Shown: positions 58,825-64,000 of the stretch, one piece after another
Position numbering within the stretch: position 1 is the first letter of the stretch
How the letters are laid out: each line of letters opens with the position of its first letter
Position numbers and translations under genes: made by a program
Notes under the pieces: generated by a model
Told to the model about the DNA's origin: nothing
Database searches by the model: none
The model's input: only the letters and a program-made list of their open reading frames with translations
From: Candidatus Poribacteria bacterium
GTDB lineage: Bacteria > Poribacteria > WGA-4E > PCPOR2b
Direction: 5' to 3'
Length of the DNA: 64,000 nt
Assembly: GCA_965215015.1 (NCBI GenBank)
Contig: OZ244042.1
Location: forward strand, 1,792,001-1,856,000

Positions 58825-59240
58825 TGATTACCTTCTCCGATCTACCCACAGTGAACGCTACACTGAATACAATCAGTGCTGTTCTTTTGACTGTCGGGCT
58901 CTTGATGATTCGGCGGCGCAGAATTGTCGCCCACAGAAACTGTATGATTGCGGCGTTTGTGGTATCGGGACTCTTCCTCACCTCCTACCTAATCTATCAT
59001 TACCACGCCGGATCAACCCCATTTGAAGGGAGTGGGTGGATTCGTTCCGTCTACTTTGCTGTCCTTATCCCTCATATTATCCTGGCCTCTTTGATCCTCC
59101 CGCTTGCCTTAATAACACTCTATTTCGCTTTGCGGAAACGATTTACCAAGCACCGGCGCATTGCCCGTTGGACGCTGCCGATATGGTTGTATGTCTCCGT
59201 AACCGGGATCATCGTTTATTGGATGCTCTACCATCTTTGA
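58824..59240 (+). CDS. DUF420 family membrane protein
   Basis: LPTVNATLN, H-x-x-x-M, FLTSYL, HRRIARW, WLYVSVTG. Confidence 0.85.
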   Translation: MITFSDLPTVNATLNTISAVLLTVGLLMIRRRRIVAHRNCMIAAFVVSGLFLTSYLIYHYHAGSTPFEGSGWIRSVYFAVLIPHIILASLILPLALITLYFALRKRFTKHRRIARWTLPIWLYVSVTGIIVYWMLYHL

Positions 59241-59334
59241 AGATCACACAATTCGGTTTGAAATTGGGGAAGATCATGTAGTATACTGTGAATCGAATCT
59301 ACCAGAAAATCAAAAGAAATAATAAGGAGGGTTC

Positions 59335-60225
59335 ATGTTAAGAAATCGTGCAACAGCCTCCGAGTTTTTAAGAAAAAACTCAGCATTCTCTTCTGGCTTT
59401 GCACTTTCTTTTTATATGAACCATAAAGAAAATAAATCCATGCGTTCTCAAAATGCTGCTAGCACCCGACCTCGTCAGGATTCACGGCGACCTGAGAGGG
59501 CCGTTCAACCGATCGATGCCCCAGAAATTCGTGAAATCGGTGCCCCGGTCGATGGGGAACCCCAATACAGTACACGCCGACTATTTTTGCAGCTTCAAGT
59601 TTTCACGGGATGTTCTCAGCCAAATGAGCTAATCGAACCGCTAAAAGCGAGCTGTTTAGAAGTTGTCCTCTATCACGATCTGAACGATCCGAAGGGTATC
59701 GGTTTGCTTTTTATGACAGAGGATGCGGATGTGCTCGTGGCAGAGACGAGAAGAATTCTCACGAAAGCCCCATTCGACGCCCTTCACCCCAAGCCTGAGT
59801 TTACCATGATCGGTAGAACCTATGCCTCTGGACGGGAGCCGGACCTAGAGGATTGGCTGCTCGTTAAACCCCGTCGCAATACACTGGCCCCTGAACTTTC
59901 ATGGGCAATCTGGTATCCACTCCGTCGGAAACCGGAGTTCTACCGCCTTCCTAAACCGGAGCAGGGAAAAATCTTGATGGAACATGCCATGATTGGTAGA
60001 ACATACGTGCAGGCAGGATACGCGCATGACATTCGACTGGCGTGTTTCGGCCTGGACGCACATGATAACGACTTTGTGATTGGATTGATGGGCACAACTC
60101 TTCACCCTTTGTCACACCTTGTGGGTGAGATGAGAAAATCGCAACAGACGGCTCAATATCTCGAATCGCTGGGTCCATTTTTTGTCGGCAAAGTCCGCTG
60201 GCAGAGTCCTTGTGATATCGTCTGA
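59335..60225 (+). CDS. chlorite dismutase / coproheme decarboxylase family protein (start 59335 or 59440)
   Basis: YPLRR, FYRLP, EHAMIGR, GLD-x-x-DNDF, MRKS, PFFVG. Confidence 0.8.
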   Translation: MLRNRATASEFLRKNSAFSSGFALSFYMNHKENKSMRSQNAASTRPRQDSRRPERAVQPIDAPEIREIGAPVDGEPQYSTRRLFLQLQVFTGCSQPNELIEPLKASCLEVVLYHDLNDPKGIGLLFMTEDADVLVAETRRILTKAPFDALHPKPEFTMIGRTYASGREPDLEDWLLVKPRRNTLAPELSWAIWYPLRRKPEFYRLPKPEQGKILMEHAMIGRTYVQAGYAHDIRLACFGLDAHDNDFVIGLMGTTLHPLSHLVGEMRKSQQTAQYLESLGPFFVGKVRWQSPCDIV

Positions 60226-60232
60226 GGGAAAG

Positions 60233-60958
60233 ATGAAAAACATCGCTGTAATCGTTATCAAAGAATTATATACCTACTTTGTCTCACCCATTGCTTACTT
60301 CGTCTTCTTTATTTTTACAGCGGTTTCCGGGTTCCTATTCTATGTGATTCTGGGGAGTTTCGCCGCGTATCAGTACTCGACCACTGATGTAATACAGACC
60401 CTGTTTAACAATATTAGTGTCACCCTCCTCTTTTTCACCCCGGCCTTGACGATGAAACTGTTCGCCGAAGAAAAGAAAACAGGTACAATCGAACTGCTGA
60501 TGACCTCCCCCCTCAAAGATACCGAAGTTGTCCTTGGGAAATTCTTGGCGAGTTGGATTATGTTGTTCGTGATGCTGCTTTTAACCTTGATTTTTCCGTT
60601 GATAACGACCCGATTCGGCAATCTAGACATTGGACCAATTATTAGTGGATATCTAGGGCTGCTACTGCTCGGATCGACCTTCCTCTCGCTTGGCGTAATG
60701 ATATCTTCGATGACGAAAAATCAAATCGTTGCCGCCTTGACTAGCTTCGGCCTGCTGCTCTCTCTCTGGATTATCGGTTTCTTGTCGAGTCGCGGTGGAC
60801 AGATGGGGGAATTCTTGGGCTATCTGTCTCTCACCGAACACTTTAGCGATTTTTCACGGGGAACTGTCTCTCTCAAGCACGCGGTTTACTATCTCAGTTT
60901 CACAATCGTCTGTCTCTTCTTTACAGTTAAATCGTTTGAATCATCAAAGTGGAGGTAA
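60233..60958 (+). CDS. ABC-2 permease (GldF-like)
   Basis: YFVSPIAY, EEKKTGTIELLMTSP, VLGKF, NQIVAA. Confidence 0.88.
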   Translation: MKNIAVIVIKELYTYFVSPIAYFVFFIFTAVSGFLFYVILGSFAAYQYSTTDVIQTLFNNISVTLLFFTPALTMKLFAEEKKTGTIELLMTSPLKDTEVVLGKFLASWIMLFVMLLLTLIFPLITTRFGNLDIGPIISGYLGLLLLGSTFLSLGVMISSMTKNQIVAALTSFGLLLSLWIIGFLSSRGGQMGEFLGYLSLTEHFSDFSRGTVSLKHAVYYLSFTIVCLFFTVKSFESSKWR

Positions 60959-60963
60959 TTTCA

Positions 60964-62628
60964 ATGCACGAAACGCCGCGCTCTGAAAATGTAAAATTGC
61001 GATCAGGCGATAAATGGGCACCGCTGCTCGGTTTTCTTACGCTCATCCTTCTGTTTGCAACACTGTCGAGTGTGCTGCTGCGTCAACGTCTTGCTGTATG
61101 GATCTTCCTCGTGCTTGGAATCGCGTCTTTGGCCGCTTTTGTGATTCTGAAACGCCGAGCAGTATCCCGCCTCTTTGTCAGCCGTCAAGTTCGCTATGGT
61201 ACAAATGTTGGCATCGCCGTTTTGCTCATGACCGGGATTGCGATCATTGTCAACGTTATCGTCGTGCAAAGGTTCGATACATCCGCAGACTGGACAAGCG
61301 ATAAGGTATACAGCCTGTCGGATCAGACGAAGAAAATTCTACACGGACTCGATCAGCAGGTTCAGGTGATTGCCTTCTTCAGTCTCAATCCCACTAATGA
61401 TCAATTGGCGCGCGATCGTCAACGTGCACAGGATTTATTGGAAATGTATCAACGCGAGACTGACAAACTCACAGTCGAATTTGTAGACCCCTATGCGGGG
61501 AAGATGAAGAGTGAGGAATATGAGATTCAATTTGATGGAACAACAGTGTTCGAGAACGGTGGAGTGCGGGAGCGTGTCACAACTGTTGATGAACAGAAGT
61601 TTACCAGCGCGATTTTGAAAGTGGTTCGTGATGAGTTAGTGAAAATCTATTTCTTGACGGGGCACGAGGAACAGGCAATTGATGATTTTGATCAGAACCG
61701 GGGCTACAGCCAAACCAAAGACGAATTAGAAAAGCAGAATTACAGAGTTGAGACATTATCTCTGGCAACGCAGCCGGAAATCCCCGCCGATTGTGCGGCA
61801 CTCATCATCCCCGGCCCCAAAGGACCACTGATGGCACACGAAGTCAACTCCATTTCAAAATACTTGGATAAAAACGGCAAGTTGTTACTGATGCTCGATC
61901 CCTTGGTGAACTCAGCAGAAGAGCCGAATCAGGGACTGGTTGACTTGATGGACAGATGGGGCGTTACGATTGGTAATGATCTCGTTTTGGATCGCATTCG
62001 CCCCGCGTTCTTCCTATTCGGGGGCAGCCAGCCGCAAGCACCAACACTCGATGACTTTGAGTTCCATCAGATTACACAGGATGTGTTGCGGCCGGTGACG
62101 TTTCAGCTCGCCCGGTCCGTCACTCCGAAGACACAGGCAGGAAGCGACCTCAATATCAAATCGCTCGTAAAGACCACCGATGAAATTGGCGGTAGTTGGG
62201 GCGAGACAAAACGGAAAGCTGATGGTACTTTTGAAATAGATCTTTCATATACGGAAGGCGAGGATACACCGCCACCAGTGTCTCTGGCTGTTGCTGTGCA
62301 GCGTGAAAGCAGTGAATCACTGATAGGCGACGACTCCTCCGCTGATATGCCGAAAAAAAACAAAACACGAATTGTCGTGGTAGGGGACTCCGATTTTGCG
62401 AACAACCTCTTCTTTCATGGCACCGGCGGCGGTAATTTCTTCCTAAACGCAGTGAACTGGTTAACGCTTGAAGAGGACCTGATTGCCATCCGTCCGGTGG
62501 ACCCAAGTGAACGAAGCCTTCGCATGATGACGCCGCGCGAAGTCGCATTCGTGCAGATGACAGCAATCTTTCTGATCCCGTTAATCATCTTTCTAATCGG
62601 CGTGGGGGTCTGGTGGCGACGGCGGTAA
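60964..62628 (+). CDS. GldG-like ABC transporter auxiliary component
   Basis: D-x-T-x-x-x-x-YSLS-x-QT, IYFLTGH-x-E, IPGP, VVGDSDF, NAVNWL, C-terminal TM + RRR. Confidence 0.85.
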   Translation: MHETPRSENVKLRSGDKWAPLLGFLTLILLFATLSSVLLRQRLAVWIFLVLGIASLAAFVILKRRAVSRLFVSRQVRYGTNVGIAVLLMTGIAIIVNVIVVQRFDTSADWTSDKVYSLSDQTKKILHGLDQQVQVIAFFSLNPTNDQLARDRQRAQDLLEMYQRETDKLTVEFVDPYAGKMKSEEYEIQFDGTTVFENGGVRERVTTVDEQKFTSAILKVVRDELVKIYFLTGHEEQAIDDFDQNRGYSQTKDELEKQNYRVETLSLATQPEIPADCAALIIPGPKGPLMAHEVNSISKYLDKNGKLLLMLDPLVNSAEEPNQGLVDLMDRWGVTIGNDLVLDRIRPAFFLFGGSQPQAPTLDDFEFHQITQDVLRPVTFQLARSVTPKTQAGSDLNIKSLVKTTDEIGGSWGETKRKADGTFEIDLSYTEGEDTPPPVSLAVAVQRESSESLIGDDSSADMPKKNKTRIVVVGDSDFANNLFFHGTGGGNFFLNAVNWLTLEEDLIAIRPVDPSERSLRMMTPREVAFVQMTAIFLIPLIIFLIGVGVWWRRR

Positions 62629-62647
62629 CTATTCTCATCATGGCACA

Positions 62648-63052
62648 TCACCTCTCTTTTCCCAAGCATTCTTGATAATGCTGTGGATAAATCTGGATGC
62701 CCGCCTTAATCAGGGGAGCGAGTGCCATAAGCTTCGAGAGTGAACCTGTGGGCACAATCTGCCGCTTGGTGATTGCGCCCATGACGTTAATTTCTCCCAA
62801 CCAGAAGTGATGGGCAATATCTCCGGTCATGGCAAGTTCAACGTCCGCCTTTTCGTCACATTCACCATAGTGGATGGCACCCTCACTATTATGCGAGACA
62901 AGCGTAATGGAAGCCTCAGGTTGTGTATAGTTGAACCTCACTGTTAGTTCTAATGATGCCAGCTCGCCTTGCACTTGTGTCTGAGATTTCATCCGCTCAA
63001 ACAGCCCACCGATGCAGGCGTAAAGTTCATCCGCAGTCTCGAAAACCGGCAT
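62648..63052 (-). CDS. SCP2 sterol-binding domain protein
   Basis: 134 aa; AHHFWLGEINV...QIVPTG pattern; RBS GGAAGG. Confidence 0.7.
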   Translation of the reverse strand: MPVFETADELYACIGGLFERMKSQTQVQGELASLELTVRFNYTQPEASITLVSHNSEGAIHYGECDEKADVELAMTGDIAHHFWLGEINVMGAITKRQIVPTGSLSKLMALAPLIKAGIQIYPQHYQECLGKER

Positions 63053-63131
63053 AACTAAAAATCCTTCCCTGACGCGCAAAAAATAATTCAAAAATGTGCA
63101 CTTAGCCTAATAGCCTTTGGTGCTAGTTAGT

Positions 63132-63366
63132 TGAGGGGTACTCATAAGTATTGTCTGAATCGCGGATTCAGCAGATTGCGCGGATACAGATATTGATCGC
63201 AGGCAGTAGATGGGGCAAGATGCCCCACCTATGGAGTTGGGGATATTTTGTCCCCATTATGGGTGCGAGTTTAATAGAAGTTCGGTGTTAGCCAAGCCAT
63301 ATACCATAACAGTTGTGGGGGTTACGGCACGAAGAATCGTTCCTACTCCTTTATGAGTACCCCTCA
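63132..63366. mobile_element. 235-bp MITE-like element with perfect 16-bp TIRs and nested repeats
   Basis: TGAGGGGTACTCATAA (63132-63147) and TTATGAGTACCCCTCA (63351-63366). Confidence 0.7.
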
Positions 63367-63454
63367 GTTGGTTTGGATTGCCCCCTTTTCAAATCGCCAA
63401 TTGGCTAATCTTTTGAGTTATCCGCCCTCCACTCCACGCTTTACGCTTCACGCG

Positions 63455-64000
63455 CTAGCTCCAAAGCCTATCGTGCGATTGTTCTTTATCCCACTCTGTT
63501 GTCGGTGCGAAATACTCCGGATCATCGGGGTGCATATGCTCTTTGATGGCATCCGGATTGAGCTCGATGCCCAGGCCCGGTGCCTCTGGCACTTCCGTAT
63601 ACCCATCTTGGATAATTGGATTGGGAAGCCCGGTTACCAACTCATTCCACCACGGATTATCAACAGAATGGTTTTCCAAAACAAGGAAGTTCTCCGTCGC
63701 TGCGGCGCAATGAATGCTTGCCATCGCACATACCGGCGTGCCCGCCATGTGTAGTGCCATGGCAATGCCATGTTCTTGAGCGAAATCACCAATCTTCTTG
63801 GTCTCTAAAATCCCGCCCGATGTCGCGATATCCGGATGACAGATAGAAATGGCTTTCGCTTCAAATAGTTTTATAAACTCTTCTTTGCAGTAGATATCTT
63901 CACCCGTGCAGATTGGTGTCGCACACGCGTTGGACAGTCGGACGTACTGATCGGTAAATTGCCACGGGACCATATCTTCCAGCCACGCCAGGTTGTACTT
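63455..64000 (-). CDS. mandelate racemase/enolase family protein (5' end outside the window)
   Basis: WLED, TGEDIY, HPD, GGILETK, PGLGIE. Confidence 0.85.
   Translation of the reverse strand, partial: KYNLAWLEDMVPWQFTDQYVRLSNACATPICTGEDIYCKEEFIKLFEAKAISICHPDIATSGGILETKKIGDFAQEHGIAMALHMAGTPVCAMASIHCAAATENFLVLENHSVDNPWWNELVTGLPNPIIQDGYTEVPEAPGLGIELNPDAIKEHMHPDDPEYFAPTTEWDKEQSHDRLWS

Noticed and set aside
60233-62628. Gliding motility system
   Set aside because: GldF/GldG-like ABC components are widespread, and no other gld/spr genes are present

Overview
Bacterial chromosomal window with no rRNA, tRNA, CRISPR array, integrase, transposase or reverse transcriptase that I can see. The gene content (TolB-like propellers with a ...P-x-G-L-x-x-x-x-W-x-E-I-K C-terminus, several PhyH and Gfo/Idh/MocA genes, sulfatase, TPR and coiled-coil repeat proteins, dense intergenic repeats) resembles sponge-associated Candidatus Poribacteria; this is inference only. 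Layout: (1) 1-4875, a tandem array of three mosaic TolB-like genes followed by a sigma-70 factor. (2) 6456-9423, a DAHP synthase + leuA operon under an unannotated attenuator whose 41-aa leader has 13 consecutive Leu/Tyr/Phe codons; this is the clearest novel-looking element. (3) 12-28 kb, a minus-strand catabolic cluster that includes a frameshifted aldo/keto reductase. (4) 28-31 kb, a ParA locus with a diverged duplicate of its 3' half. (5) 32.7-36.8 kb, a Tat-exported PaoABC-like molybdoenzyme. (6) 37-52 kb, a defence-like island: PLD-helicase + N6-MTase, cassette-like genes between repeats, and a decayed toxin-antitoxin pair whose antitoxin N-terminus is fused to TPRs and an AAA ATPase, followed by a PIN-like gene. 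(7) 52-64 kb, ordinary metabolic and transport genes. MITE/REP-like elements and short tandem duplications occur throughout, and some have entered coding sequence. All product calls are from motif recognition, not database searches.
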